Shown here in pieces: positions 27,501-42,994 of a stretch of 64,000 nt of DNA (the first letter of the stretch is position 1; each line of letters starts with the position of its first letter). Below the pieces are notes generated by a model, which saw only the letters and a list, made by a program, of their open reading frames with translations, was not told the origin of the DNA and did not search any database. The position numbers were made by a program, and so were the translations under genes. This DNA comes from Eledone cirrhosa (lineage: Eukaryota): positions 336,474,001 through 336,538,000 of the forward strand of contig OZ024740.1 in the NCBI GenBank assembly GCA_964016885.1, read 5' to 3'.

Positions 27501-30500
27501 TTACCACAGACTATAACATGTTATACTTTACCACAGACTATAACATGTCATACTTTACCACAGTCTATAACATGTTATACTTTACCACAGCCTATAACAT
27601 GTTATACTTTACCACAGATAATAACATGTCATACTTTACCACAGACTATAACATGTCATACTTTACCACAGACTATAACATGTTATACTTTACCACAGCC
27701 TATAACATGTTATACTTTACCACAGTTTATAACATGTTATACTTTACCACAGACTATAACATGTTGTACATTTTACCACAGTCTGTAACATGTTATACTT
27801 TACCACAGACTATAACATGTTGTACATTTACCACAGACTATAACATGTTATACTTTACCATAGCCTATAACATGTTATACTTTACCACAGTTTATGACAT
27901 GTTATACTTTACCAGAACCTATAACATGTTATACTTTACCACAGTCTATAACATGTTATACTTTACCACAGCCTATAACATGTTATACTTTACCACAGCC
28001 TATAACATGTTATAATTTACCACAACCTATAACATGTTATTCTTTACCTCAGTCTATAACATGTTATACTTTACCACAGCCTATAACATGTTATACTTTA
28101 CCACAGCCTATAACACGTTATACTTTACCACAACCTATAACATGTTATACTTTACCACAGTCTATAACATGTTATACTTTACCACAACCTATAACATGTT
28201 ATACTTTACCACAACCTATAACATGTTATACTTTAACACAGACTATAACATGTCATACTTTACCACAGTCTATAACATGTTATACTTTACCACAGACTAT
28301 AACATGTCATACTATACCACAGTCTATAACATGTTATACTTTACCACAGTCTATAACATGTTATACTTTACCACAGACTATAACATGTTATGCTTTACCA
28401 CAGACTATAACATGTCATACTTTACCACAGTCTATAAAATGTTTAACTTTACCACAGCCTATAACATGTTATACTCTACCACAGGCTATAACATGTTATA
28501 CTTTGCCACAACCTATAAAATGTTATACTTTACCACACCCTATAACATGTTTAATTTACCACAGTCTATAACATGTTATACTTAACCACAGACTATAACA
28601 TGTTATACTTTACCACAACCTATAACATGTTATACTTTACCACAGACTATAACATGTTATACTCTACCACAGCCTATAACATGTTATACTTTACCACAGT
28701 CTATAACATGTTATACTTTACCACAGACTATAACATGTTATACTTTAGCACAGACTACATTTACCACAGACTATAACATGTTATACTTTACTACAGACTA
28801 TAACATGTTATACTTTACCACAGCCTATAACATGTTATACTTTACCACAGCCTATAACATGTTATACTTTACTACAGACTATAACATGTTATACTTTACC
28901 ACAGCCTATAACATGTTATACTTTACCACAGACTATAACATGTTATACTTTACCACAGACCACATTTACCACAGCCTATAACATGATATACTTTACCACA
29001 GACTATAGCATGTTATACTTTACCACAGACTATAACATGTTATACTTTACCACAGACTAGATTTACCACAGTCTATAACATGTTATACTTTACCACAGAC
29101 TATAGCATGTTATACTTTACCACAGCCTATAACATGTTATACTTTACCACAGCCTATAACATGTTATACTTTACCACAGCCTATAACATGTTATACTTTA
29201 CCACAGCCTATAACATGTTATACTTTACCACAGACCACATTTACCACAGCCTATAAGTTGTTATACTTCACCACAGACTATAACATGTTATACTTTACCA
29301 CAGCCTATAACATGTCATACATTACCACAGTCTATAACATGTTATACTTTACCACAGAGTATAACATGTTATACTTTACCACAGACTACATTATCACAGA
29401 CTATAACATGTTATACTTTACCACAGATTATAACATGTTATACTTTACCACAGCCTATAACATGTCATACATTACCACACACTATAACATGTCATACTTT
29501 ACCACAGTCTATAACATGTTATACTTTAACAGAGTATAACATGTTATACTTTACCACAGACTACATTACCACAGTCTATAACATGTTATACTTTACCAAA
29601 GTCTATAACATGTCATACATTACCACACACTATAACATGTCATAATTTACCACAGTCTATAACATGTTATACTTTACCACAGAGTATAACATGTTATACT
29701 TTACCACAGACTACATTACCACACACTATAACATGTCATACTTTACCACAGTCTATAACATGTTATACTTTACCACAGTCTATAACATGTTATACTTTAC
29801 CATAGCCTATAACATGTTATACTTTACCACAGTTTATAACATGTTATACTTTACCACAACCTATAATATGTTATACTTTACCACAGTCTATAACAAGTTA
29901 TACTTTACCACAGCCTATAACATGTTATACTTTACCACAGCCTATAACACGTTATACTTTACCACAACCTATAACATGTTATACTTTACCACAGTCTATA
30001 ACATGTTATACTTTACCACAACCTATAACATGTTATACTTTACCACAACCTATAACATGTTATACTTTACCACAGACTATAACATGTTATACTTTACCAC
30101 AGACTATAACATGTCATACTTTACCACAGTCTATAACATGTTATACTTTACCACAGCCTATAACATGTTATACTTTACCACAGATAATAACATGTCATAC
30201 TTTACCACAGACTATAACATGTCATACTTTACCACAGACTATAACATGTCATACTTAACCACAGTCTATAACATGTTATACTTTACCACAGACTATAACA
30301 TGTTATATTTGACCACAACCTATAACATGTTATACTTTACCACAGACTATAACATGTTATACTTTACCACAGCCTATAACATGTTATACTTTACCACAGT
30401 TATAACATGTCATACTTTACCACAGTCTATAACATGTTATACTTTACCACAGATATAACATGTCATACTTTACCACAGTCTATAACATGTTATACTTTAC

Positions 30501-33500
30501 CACAGCGTATAACATATTATAGTTTACCACAGACTATAACATGTTATACTTTACCACAGCCTATAACATGTTATACTTTACCACAGTCTATAACATGTTA
30601 TACTTTACCACAGAATATAACATGTTATACTTTACCACAGACTACATTACCACAGACTGTAACATGTTATACTTTACCACAGGCTACATTTACCACATAC
30701 TATAACATGTTATACTTTACCACACACTACATTTACCACAATCTATAACATGTTATACTTTACCACGGACTACATTTACCACAGACTATAACATGTTATA
30801 CTTTACCACAGCCTATAACATGTTATACTTTAATACAGCCTATAACATGTTATACTTTACCACAGACTATAACATGTTATACTTTACCACAGACTATAAC
30901 ATGTTATACTTTACCACAGACCACATTTACCACAGCCTATAACATGTTATACTTTACCACAGACTATAACATGTTATACTTTACCACAGACCACATTTAC
31001 CACAGCCTATAACATGTTATACTTTACCACAGACTATAGCATGTTATACTTTACCACAGACTATAACATGTTATACTTTACCACAGACTACATTTACCAC
31101 AGTCTATAACATGTTATACTTTACCACAGACTATAGCATGTTATACTTTACCACAGCCTATAACATGTTATACTTTACCACAGCCTATAACATGTTATAC
31201 TTTACCAAAGACCACATTTACCACAGCCTATAAGTTGTTATACTTTACCACTGACTATAGCATGTTATATTTTACCACAGCCTATAACATGTCATACATT
31301 ACCACAGTCTATAACATGTTATACTTTACCACAGACTACATTATCACAGACTATAACATGTTATACTTTACCACATGTTTATAACATGTTATACTTTACC
31401 ACAGCCTATAACTTGTCTTACATTACCACACACTATAACATGTCATACTTTACGACAGTCTATAACATGTTATACTTTACCACAGAGTATAACATGTTAT
31501 ACTTTACCACAGACTACATTACCACAGTCTATAACATGTTATACTTTACCACAGTCTATAACATGTCATACATTACCACACACTATAACATGTCATACTT
31601 TACCACAGTCTATAACATGTTATACTTTACCACAGAGTATAACATGTTATACTTTACCACAGAGTATAACATGTTATACTTTACCACAGAGTATAACATG
31701 TTATACTTTACCACAGACTACATTACCACACACTATAACATGTCATACTTTACAACAGTCTATAACATGTTATACTTTACCACAGAGTATAACATGTTAT
31801 ACTTTACCACAGAGTATAACATGTTATACTTTACCACAGAGTATAACATGTTATACTTTACCACAGACTACATTACCACACACTATAACATGTCATACTT
31901 TACCACAGCCTATAACATGTTATACTTTACCACAGACTATAACATGTTATACTTTACCACAGCCTATAACATGTTATACTTTACCACAGTTTATAACATG
32001 TTATACTTTACCACAGCCTATAACATGTTATACTTTACCACTGTTTATAACATGTTATACTTTACCACAGACTATAACATGTTGTACATTTACCACAGTC
32101 TATAACATGTTATACTTTACCACAGACTATAACATGTTATACTTTACCACAGTTTATAACATGTTATACTTTACCAGAACCTATAACATGTTATACTTTA
32201 CCTCAATCTATAACATGTTATACTTTACCACAGTCTATAACATGTTATACTTTACCACAGCCTATAACATGTTATACTTTACCACAGCCTATAACATGTT
32301 ATACTTTACCACAACCTATAACATGTTATACTTTACCTCAATCTATAACATGTTATACTTTACCACAGCCTATAACATGTTATACTTTACCACAGCCTAT
32401 AACACGTTATACTTTACCACAACCTATAACATGTCATACTTTACCACAGTCTATAACATGTTATACTTTACCACAACCTATAACATGTTATACTTTACCA
32501 CAACCTATAACATGTTATACTTTACCACAGACTATAACATATCATACTTTACCACAGGTTATAACATGTTATACTTTACCACAGACTATAACATGTCATA
32601 CTTTACCACAGTCTATAACATGTTATACTTTACCACAGCCTATAACATGTTATACTTTACCACAGACTATAACATGTCATACTTTACCACAGACTATAAC
32701 ATGTCATACTTAACCACAGTCTATAACATGTTATACTTTACCACAGACTATAACATGTTATATTTTACCACAACCTATAACATGTTATACTTTACCACAG
32801 ACTATAACATGTTATACTTTACCACAGCCTATAACATGTTATACTTTACCACAGTTATAACATGTCATACTTTACCACAGTCTATAACATGTTATACTTT
32901 ACCACAGTTATAACATGTCATACTTTACCACAGTCTATAACATGTTATACTTTACCACAGCGTATAACATATTATAGTTTACCACAGACTATAACATGTT
33001 ATACTTTACCACAGTCTATAACATGTTATACTTTACCACAGCCTATAACATGTTATACTTTACCACAGTCTATAACATGTTATACTTTACCACAGACTAC
33101 ATTACCACATACTATAACATGTTATACTTTACCACACACTACATTTACCACAGTCTATAACATGTTATGATTTACCACAGACTACATTTACCACAGACTA
33201 TAACATGTTATACTTTACCACAGCCTATAACATGTTATACTATACCACAGCCTATAACATGTTATACTTTACCACAGACTATAACATGTTATACTTTACC
33301 ACAGACTATAACATGTTATACTTTAACACAGACTACATTTACCACAGACTATAACATGTTATACTTTACTACAGACTATAACATGTTATACTTTACCACA
33401 GCCTATAACATGTTATACTTTACCACAGCCTATAACATGTTATACTTTACTACAGACTATAACATGTTATACTATACCACAGCCTATAACATGTTATACT

Positions 33501-36453
33501 TTACCACAGACCACATTTACCACAGCCTATAACATGTTATACTTTACTACAGACTATAACATGTTATACTTTACCACAGACTATAGCATGTTATACTTTA
33601 CCACAGACTATAACATGTTATACTTTACCACAGACTACATTTACCACAGTCTATAACATGTTATACTTTACCACAGACTATAGCATGTTATACTTTACCA
33701 CAGCCTATAACATGTTATACTTTACCACAACCTATAACATGTTATACTTTACCACAGCCTATAACATGTTATACTTTACCACAGACCACATTTACCACAG
33801 CCTATAACATGTTATACTTTACCACAGACTATAGCATGTTATACTTTACCACAGACTATAACATGTTATACTTTACCACAGACCACATTTACCACAGACT
33901 ATAAGATGTTATACTTTACCACAGACCACATTTACCACAGACTATAAGATGTTATACTTTACCACAGACCACATTTACCACAGACTAGAAGATGTTATAC
34001 TTTACCACAGACCACATTTACCACCGACTATAACATGTTATACTTTACCACAGACCACATTTACCACCGACTATAACATGTTATACTTTACCACAGACCA
34101 CATTTACCACAGTCTATAACATGTTATACTTTACCACAGACCACATTTACCACCGACTATAACATGTTATACTTTACCACAGACCACATTTACCACCGAC
34201 TATAACATGTTATACTTTACCACAGACCACATTTACCACAGACTATAACATGTTATACTTTACCACAGACCACATTTACCACCGACTATAACATGTTATA
34301 CTTTACCACAGACCACATTTACCACAGACTATAACATGTTATACTTTACCACAGACCACATTTACCACAGTCTATAACATGTTATACTTTACCACAGCCT
34401 ATAACATGGTATACTTTACCACAGCCTATAACATGTTATACTTTACCACAGACCACATTTACCACAGTCTATAACATGTTATACTTTACCACAGACTACA
34501 TTTACCACCGACTATAACATGTTATACTTTACCACAGACCACATTTACCACAGTCTATAACATGTTATACTTTACCACAGACCACATTTACCACAGACTA
34601 TAACATGTTATACTTTACCACAGACCACATTTACCACAGACTATCAGATGTTATACTTTACCACAGACCACATTTACCACAGACTATAAGATGTTATACT
34701 TTACCACAGACCACATTTACCACAGACTATAAGATGTTATACTTTACCACAGACCACATTTCCCACAGACTATAACATGTTATACTTTACCACAGACCAC
34801 ATTTACCACAGTCTATAACATGTTATACTTTACCACAGACCACATTTACCACCGACTATAACATGTTATACTTTACCACAGACCACATTTACCACAGACT
34901 ATAAGATGTTATACTTTACCACAGACCACATTTACCACAGTCTATAACATGTTATACTTTACCACAGACCACATTTACCACCGACTATAACATGTTATAC
35001 TTTACCACAGACCACATTTACCACAGACTATAACATGTTATACTTTACCACAGACCACATTTACCACAGTCTATAACATGTTATACTTTACCACAGACCA
35101 CATTTACCACAGTCTATAACATGTTATACTTTACCACAGACCACATTTACCACAGACTATAACATGTTATACTTTACCACAGACCACATTTACCACCGAC
35201 TATAACATGTTATACTTTACCACAGACCACATTTACCACAGTCTATAACATGTTATACTTTACCACAGACCACATTTACCACCGACTATAACATGCTATA
35301 CTTTACCACAGACCACATTTACCACAGTCTATAACATGTTATACTTTACCACAGACCACATTTACCACAGACTATAACATGTTATACTTTACCACAGACC
35401 ACATTTACCACAGACTATAACATGTTATACTTTACCACAGACCACATTTACCACAGTCTATAACATGTTATACTTTACCACAGACCACATTTACCACAGA
35501 CTATAACATGTTATACTTTACCACAGACCACATTTACCACCGACTATAACATGTTATACTTTACCACAGACCACATTTACCACAGTCTATAACATGTTAT
35601 ACTTTACCACAGACCACATTTACCACAGACTATAACATGTTATACTTTACCACAGACCACATTTACCACAGACTATAACATGTTATACTTTACCACAGAC
35701 CACATTTACCACAGTCTATAACATGTTATACTTTACCGCAGACCACATTTACCACAAACTATAACATGTTATACTTTACCACAGACCACATTTACCACAG
35801 CTATAACATGTTATACTTTACCACAGACCACATTTACCACAGTCTATAACATGTTATACTTTACCACAGACTACATTTACCACCGACTATAACATGTTAT
35901 ACTTTACCACAGACTACATTACCACAGTCTATAACATGTTATACTTTACCACAGACCACATTTACCACAGACTATAAGATGTTATACTTTACCACAGACC
36001 ACATTTATCACAGACTATAACATGTTATACTTTACCACAGACCACATTTACCACAGACTATAAGATGTTATACTTTACCACAGACCACATTTACCACAGA
36101 CTATAAGATGTTATACTTTACCACAGACCACATTTACCACCGACTATAACATGTTATACTTTACCACAGACCACATTTACCACAGACTATAACATGTTAT
36201 ACTTTACCACAGACCACATTTACCACCGACTATAACATGTTATACTTTACCACAGACCACATTTACCACCGACTATAACATGTTATACTTTACCACAGAC
36301 CACATTTACCACCGACTATAACATGTTATACTTTACCACAGACCACATTTACCACAGACTATAAGATGTTATACTTTACCACAGACTACATTTACCACAG
36401 ACTATAACATGTTATACTTTACCACAGACCACATTTACCACAGACTACATTAC
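21581..36453. repeat. ~14.9 kb satellite: 27-bp unit TATAACATGTTATA-CTTTACCACAG(A/C/T)C; 43-bp unit distally
   Basis: Continuous tandem array; 15/16-bp sub-unit (ACCACATTTACCACAG) interspersed and fixed in nearly every unit from ~33870; higher-order duplication with offset 2565-2566 bp. Confidence 0.98.
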
Positions 36454-37425
36454 ATATCCTAATGTATTATTAGTTATGTAAGCTCAATGATAGTGGTTAT
36501 ACAATAAACAATACGAACTCAACAATAATAATGACAAGGAAATGATGACATGAATTATATGATTATAATACCTTAGCTGTAATATAAATGAAAATACAAC
36601 TTAAAGAAACAAGTTTTTTCACAGATAGGACTTAGACAGACATAATACGATTCAACATAAAAATTAGAACATTAATTAAACAAGCTAAAATTTCAATAGA
36701 GTAAGATTAATTGCAAGACAACAAAAAGTGATATCGACTGCTGTAAACAACAACTCATATAATATTCGAAGAAAGCTAGCATTGAAACCAATGAAACAGA
36801 AATGCGACAAAGCAAGTAACGTGAATGTGTGTGTATGTGTGTATGTTCATGTAGGTGTGTGTGTTTACGTATGTGTGTAGGTGTAAATATTTGTGTGTGT
36901 GCGTGTGTTTACGCGTGTGTGTAGGTGTAGGTGTGAATATTTGTGTGTGTGAGGGAGGTCTTACGAAGAACATATAACGAAAAGACATTAAGCGAAGTAG
37001 AAAAGTTAAGAAATAATATGCAAAACAGAAAAAATAACTGAAACCTTATCTAAGGACAAAGGCAGCTTTATACATAAGATAACAAAAGAACTTTAGAAAT
37101 AATAGAAAAACTTATCCAGCAATAGCAAACAGGAGTGAAAAGTTAAAGTAGTTTTCAAAAAAGGAATCAAACAATTCAAGCGAAATGTAATATATGGACA
37201 ATGTATAAAAGAAGTTAAATATATAGAACTTTAAAATTAACAAGTGATGCAGTAAAGAAGAAATACAGGAGTTTGTGGGAGAAAATCTTGAAACAGGAAA
37301 AACTCATAAACCGAACATTAATGTAGAAAACTAAATAGACACCCTTACCTAGAAATATAAAATAATGGTATAACCTGTAGACCCAGCATCTTTATGATGT
37401 ATACTGTGTAGATGTATATGTTTAA

Positions 37426-37740
37426 TACGAGTGTGAGTTGAAAAGTTCATGAAGGAGTGATGCTTGTGCTGTGAAATCTTGCCTCCATTAATTTCAACTA
37501 TTATTATTAATAACTGCAGAGTGGTGGATTGGTATAACTGGTAGAGCGTCGTTGGCCCTTTATGTTCTGAGTTAAAATCCCGCCGAGATTAGCTTTGCCT
37601 TTCAGCCTTATGGGGTAGATAAAATGAAGTACCAGTAACGCACTGGGGTCGACTTAATCGATTGTTCTCTCCGCAAAACTTGTTGGCCTTGTGTCTAAGT
37701 CAGACATTATTATTAATAACTGCACTGCTTCTTTCCAGGG
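37426..37740 (+). mobile_element. mariner left-end remnant carrying a SINE A insertion (37519-37705) with 19-bp TSD
   Basis: TACGAGTGTGAGTTGAAAAGTT..GAAGGAGTGATGCT matches 2034-2140; TSD ATTATTATTAATAACTGCA at 37500-37518 and 37706-37724. Confidence 0.8.
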
Positions 37741-37959
37741 ACTATGTTGAAAAATAAAACTCATTTGGTCATTCCATGAGAGTATCTTGGTCAGCCGACC
37801 CTCGTATATACGACAAGGAGAACTGAAGAGTCGTTATAGTCAGAATAAATGACTCGGTATTTGTTGTGGCCCTCTGAGTTCAAATTCCACCGAAGTCAAC
37901 TTTTTCTTCCATCCTTTTAAGGTCGAAAAATAAAACACCAGTCCAGCACACTGAGGTCG

Positions 37960-38035
<76 letters not shown>

Positions 38036-38039
38036 AAAT

Positions 38040-38500
38040 TGACTGTGTTTAAACATGGAGGGAGATGAGCTCGGCCAGGTCAGGTTTAAGTGCTCATGAC
38101 TCCCTGATTGTCGGGTGATATCGACCTTTAGAGCTGACACGAACAGGTCAGGAGTGAATGACACATTGGATAATGTAGTCCTAGATACACTGCATCTGAG
38201 AAACAAAAGAAAATGAATAATCGAGTGTGGGATGTCTTTTTATCATAGACCAGCTTGGGAAAGGTGCCAATCAGCAACAATAAAATGAGGAGGTTTTACG
38301 TGGTTGCTCTCTTTGCTAGAAATAGCAGTCAAAGTTCTATCACAAATTGTTGCACCCTGCCCTTTTAAATATGAGGAACGTCTTGGATAACATATTCCGT
38401 GATAGTTTGTATCTGAAAAATAAAAAGAAGCATAATGAGCAAGGGCGAAATATTCATTGGTCGGCTCGATCAGGGCTGATATAGGTTTAAAGAACAGTAT
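38040..38500 (+). repeat. degenerate interspersed repeat modules (similar to 45590-45950 and, reversed, 39330-39470)
   Basis: Shared CTAGAAATA.C, GATAATG..GTCCT and TCAGGGCTGA..AAAGAACA motifs. Confidence 0.5.
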
Positions 38501-39036
38501 GTGAGACGCAATTGTAAAGCTCAGTCCGCTGAAAGAGACAATTATACCTTTTTGTTGTTGTTGTCATCAAGGAGTCAGCCCTCGTTGATCAGTTAAGTAG
38601 GCATACGATTAAAGTTGCTCGATCCATGAAAATTCTGTCCTTTTGTACATATGTGTATGTGTGTGAATATGAGTGCGAATGTGCATATGTATGTGTGTGT
38701 GTATGTGTGTGTGTGCGTATGTATGCATGTGTGTGTGTGTGTGTGAAAATAGTAAAAAGAAATCGTGAGTAATTGCAAATAAATCTTTACCAAAGCTCCA
38801 AAGAGCATTTTCAACTTCCTTTCTTTATACTTCTAACTGTGGAAAAAAAGTGCATATATTCATATATATGTGTGTGTGTGTGTGTGTTTGTGCGTGTGTG
38901 TGTGTGTGAGCGTGTGTGTGTGTGTATAGAGAGAGAGAATCCGGTTTAAGAAGTTAAAAAGCACCCCACGTCAGTTGTATATCTCCAGCATTATAGTGAC
39001 GATTAAGTGTGACGAAATTTCTATTTACGAAATAAT

Positions 39037-39224
39037 TGTTTCTACTTTTTGGCACAAGGCCAGCAATTATCCCAGTGTATTACTGGTACTTTATTTTATC
39101 GACCCCGTAAGGATGAAAGGCAAAGTTAACCTCGGCGGGATTTGAACTCAGTCCGTAAAGGGACGTAACTGTGCTACAAAGCATGGCGTCCGACCCTCTA
39201 CCGATACTGCCAATCCACCGCCCT
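39037..39224 (-). mobile_element. full-length SINE A with 13-bp TSD
   Basis: Head GGCGGTGGATTGGCAGTATCGGTAGAG; TSD TTTACGAAATAAT at 39024-39036 and 39225-39237. Confidence 0.87.
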
Positions 39225-40219
39225 TTTACGAAATAATGCTAAAACATGTTATGTTTACATATATATAGTAATTAGCTTTAATCCTTCAAAAATACTTAAA
39301 GTTTAAAGAGTCTTTTTCGGTCCGAATGGCTAATTCTATTATCATGTTTGTTCTGTCCTACCCACTCTGTCTATATATGGCTACATTAACAAATGTATCC
39401 TTTCATTTCTCAAAACGACAGAGTGTGATTTGAAAGCATTTGGTTATTATTTCAAGCATGCAGAGCGAGCATGCTGTGTTTTTTCTCATTTGCTCATTTT
39501 CCTCCTTTTGTTATATATGATGGCATACTTTCTGTTAGACATTGAGCAAGGTGTCTTATGAATTGTAAGTGTCTACTTGTAAAAACTTGAACGTCGACGA
39601 AGTCTGGAACTATCCACTTTCATATCTTTAGTCTTTTTACTTTATTTCTTTTGTTCAGCATAGATTTGGTCTTTATTTTCCTATTCTATATTCTGTTGCC
39701 CACAGTTACTGTTTGTATACAGTCTACATTTCCTAAATATTTCTTCCAGTTTGTTGACCTAAATAGATGACCAGCATATTTATTATTTCTATTTACCCGC
39801 ATTTGATACTTTATATTCTTGATATTATTCAGCATTGTTCAGTTGCTGATAGAATTTCCATTCATAATGTATATAATTCTGTTATGTTTATATTGCTTTA
39901 TCAGCTGTATATATTAGTTGTACATATTACCTTTACATATCTATTTTCCTGTCTTTGTCTTGGCTTTTAGTTTTATTTATATTACTGCGAAATACTACAA
40001 TCCTTTTTATTTTCATTTATATTGTCTTCCTGCTAAGAACAATTCAATTTTGTCTATTTCTCATAATGATGGTAATTTTGCACTGTAACTTTTCATTGGT
40101 TTTTCTTTTCTCTTATTTTTTTTTTTCCTTTTATTAATTTCAGTAATGACGGGGACTCCATTTATTATTTATATTATTGTCACTATCACTATAATTATTA
40201 GTGTATGATATAACATTCT

Positions 40220-40308
<89 letters not shown>

Positions 40309-40988
40309 ATACTTGGGGAGGGTCTTATTTGTGTAATAATATTGCCAGAATTAATAACAGAACACACTCACTGTTTGGTTGATTTTCGCTTCTGTGTCTT
40401 TTATATCGGTTAATTTAATTTATTCGGTCCTCAATGTTACCATTGACTGACCAACGGTAAAAAATACAGATATAATATAGACACAAACACATATATATAG
40501 TCTAACAAAGTTCTTTCGTTGCACATCTGCAACATCGTCAGTGGTGCTATTATGCTTCCTCCTGTTCTATTGTATGCCTACGCCATCTTTATTTAGTCTG
40601 TTTATTTATGTATTTATTTATTTTGTCTTCTCTGCGCATGCGTTTGCGTGTGTGTATAGTGTTTGATGTGTGTTCGTGTTTGGGTGACTGTATTGGTTAT
40701 TGTATTCTATCTCAGTTTACAAGTGTGTGTTTATATGTGTTTGTTGTTATTGTGCTTGTGTATGTATTTATTTATTTATTTATACTTCTCTTAGGTCTGT
40801 ATTGTTTGTTTGGGTGTTGTTATTCCATTCATTTTTTCTGTTTAGCTTTGGCCTTCTAAGTTCTATTTCGCTGGCCTATCTGCTGGGTCATTTCTATGTT
40901 TAGATATTATTTTAATTTCTATGTTGTCTATGTTACCGTCGTGTTGTTGTCTGGCGTGTTCGTATAGTACTGAACCGTTTTTTAGTCC

Positions 40989-41770
40989 TTATAGTTCCCC
41001 CCGGTGTTGGTCTATCCTTTCACCTATGCTACGAGCTGTCTCGCCTATGTATTTTGTTGTCATGTTTCTGCAAGTACCCTCTGTACATCTTATGCTATAG
41101 ACTACATTTCTAGTTTTACAGTTTATCCGGGGGTTTACTTTACATATAATACATTTCCTATTAGTACAGTGGGTTTTCTTAAAAGGGTAGGTTTTGCTGA
41201 TCAGGGATTTTATGGTGGTTCCTGGCTTTTCTACCACCTTAATCTTTAAGTGGGTCTTTCTCAGGGCCTTTCTACACAGGTTAGCTAATTTCCCTCCAGG
41301 GTTAGCGTCCACAAACATGACACTCTGGTATCTCTGGTTGTCGTACCATGTGGTGGCTTTCCCTATCTTATGTCTAGTCCTATCTAAGCTATTCCATGAT
41401 TTGCTCCTGTATAATGGGCAAATTCCTTTCATGTCCAGTTCTATGAGGGTCTTATACTTCTCCGTGGCTCCTTTGTATACTCTGATTCTGTCTCTATGGT
41501 TGTAGCCAGAGAACTGCATGCGGTTGATGAAGTGTTGGATGTGTCTTTCCATTTCTGTTGGGTCGCACATGCGGGACTCGTTTTTCATCACTCGTACCAA
41601 GTCTGCGATCAGAATATTAAACTTAGCACTGCTGGACATTGCTGAGCTTTTGAGTATCAGGTATTTGGAGGCCATGGGTTTAGCGTAGTGTGAGTGGAGA
41701 ATTTGGGCTCTCTCGCCTATAGTTTTAATCCAGAGTTCCGTGTCTAATACAGGTAGTCTATTGTTAGGGT
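40989..41770 (-). pseudogene. Penelope-like element fragment: RT thumb + GIY-YIG endonuclease
   Basis: NNRLPVLDTELW..HYAKPMASK...CTNRKCIIC...CKTRNVVYSIRC...KYIGETARSIGERIDQH (VY..YIG..R motif); 5'-truncated, followed by a (TG)-rich 3' region. Confidence 0.88.
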
Positions 41771-41800
41771 ATATATAAGCAAGTATTGCACCAAGAAAAA

Positions 41801-42081
<281 letters not shown>

Positions 42082-42195
42082 TCAGCGAGAATCGCATTTC
42101 GGCGCGTAGAAAAGGCGAAACGAAACGCAAAATCAGATGTATGTGTATATATATATATATACAGAAGTGGTTAAACAACAGTTAATTCACCATAC

Positions 42196-42233
42196 CGAAA
42201 ACAATTGTTTCACCTTAACGGATCCTCAGCTCG
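42196..42233 (-). ncRNA. minimal hammerhead-like motif
   Basis: CGAG-CTGAGGA-tccgttaaggt-GAAA-caattg-TT-TTCG; palindromic stem III loop. Confidence 0.55.
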
Positions 42234-42422
42234 TGTGTGTGTGTGTGTATGTATGTAATATCGTGTGTACGATTAATATACCACGTTAACATTCACCTGA
42301 CGAGTGTCTCGGTAGACACGAAAGCACTTGTGAAACTAGGAAAAAAAAAAGCTGTGTTGAAATTTGATTGACTAATATATTATTTTTGCACAATTCTACA
42401 AACTGTGTGTGTATGCGTGTGC

Positions 42423-42548
<126 letters not shown>

Positions 42549-42638
42549 TCCCAATATAAATCGAGAGGCGACTACTGTCAAAAATGGTTCTCAATACATT
42601 TGTAGAATATGGGTGTATTTATTTTATTATATAAATGA

Positions 42639-42685
42639 CGTATACAGGACTAGAACTGTTTCATTCGTAAGAAATCATCAGGAAA
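42639..42685 (-). ncRNA. hammerhead motif, family B (stem I degraded)
   Basis: TTTC-CTGATGA-tttcttacgaat-GAAA-cag ttctagtc ctg-TA. Confidence 0.55.
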
Positions 42686-42994
42686 GTAAAAATAAATTTT
42701 ATATATATATATATACACTGTTTAGTCAAGAAAAAGTGCTCATTGACCATGAACCTTTTCCTGCCCTCCGACAAAATTGTTTTGAGGGAGGAAGTTATCG
42801 TCAAACTGGAGACCTATTCCGAATGCTTGCAACAGAGTGGAGGTTATGGTGGTAAACCGGATGACGAGTGAAGTCAACTACACATGTAGTACCGTCAAAG
42901 ATTTGAACTCAGAAAGAAAAGAACCAGAATGAATACCGCAATTAATTAAGGATTTAGAGTAATTTACTAAAACTAATTATTATTCCATTATAAT

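Noticed and set aside
21581-36453. CRISPR-like array or repetitive protein gene (MLYFTTDYN / ITCYTLPQ ORFs up to 512 aa)
   Set aside because: No unique spacers and no cas genes; ORFs arise because 27 is a multiple of 3 and are broken by frequent 1-bp indels and 16-bp inserts; the minus strand has stops in all frames
21581-36453. Minus-strand TCTGTGGTAAA resembles the CGK codons of C2H2 zinc-finger arrays
   Set aside because: The period is 27/43 bp rather than 84 bp, a stop follows immediately, and there are no His or TGEKP codons
40505-40550. CTGACGA-tgttgca..tgcaac-GAAA hammerhead core downstream of the Penelope ORF (minus strand)
   Set aside because: Core and stem II are present but stem I cannot be paired convincingly; probably a decayed pLTR ribozyme, so not listed as a feature
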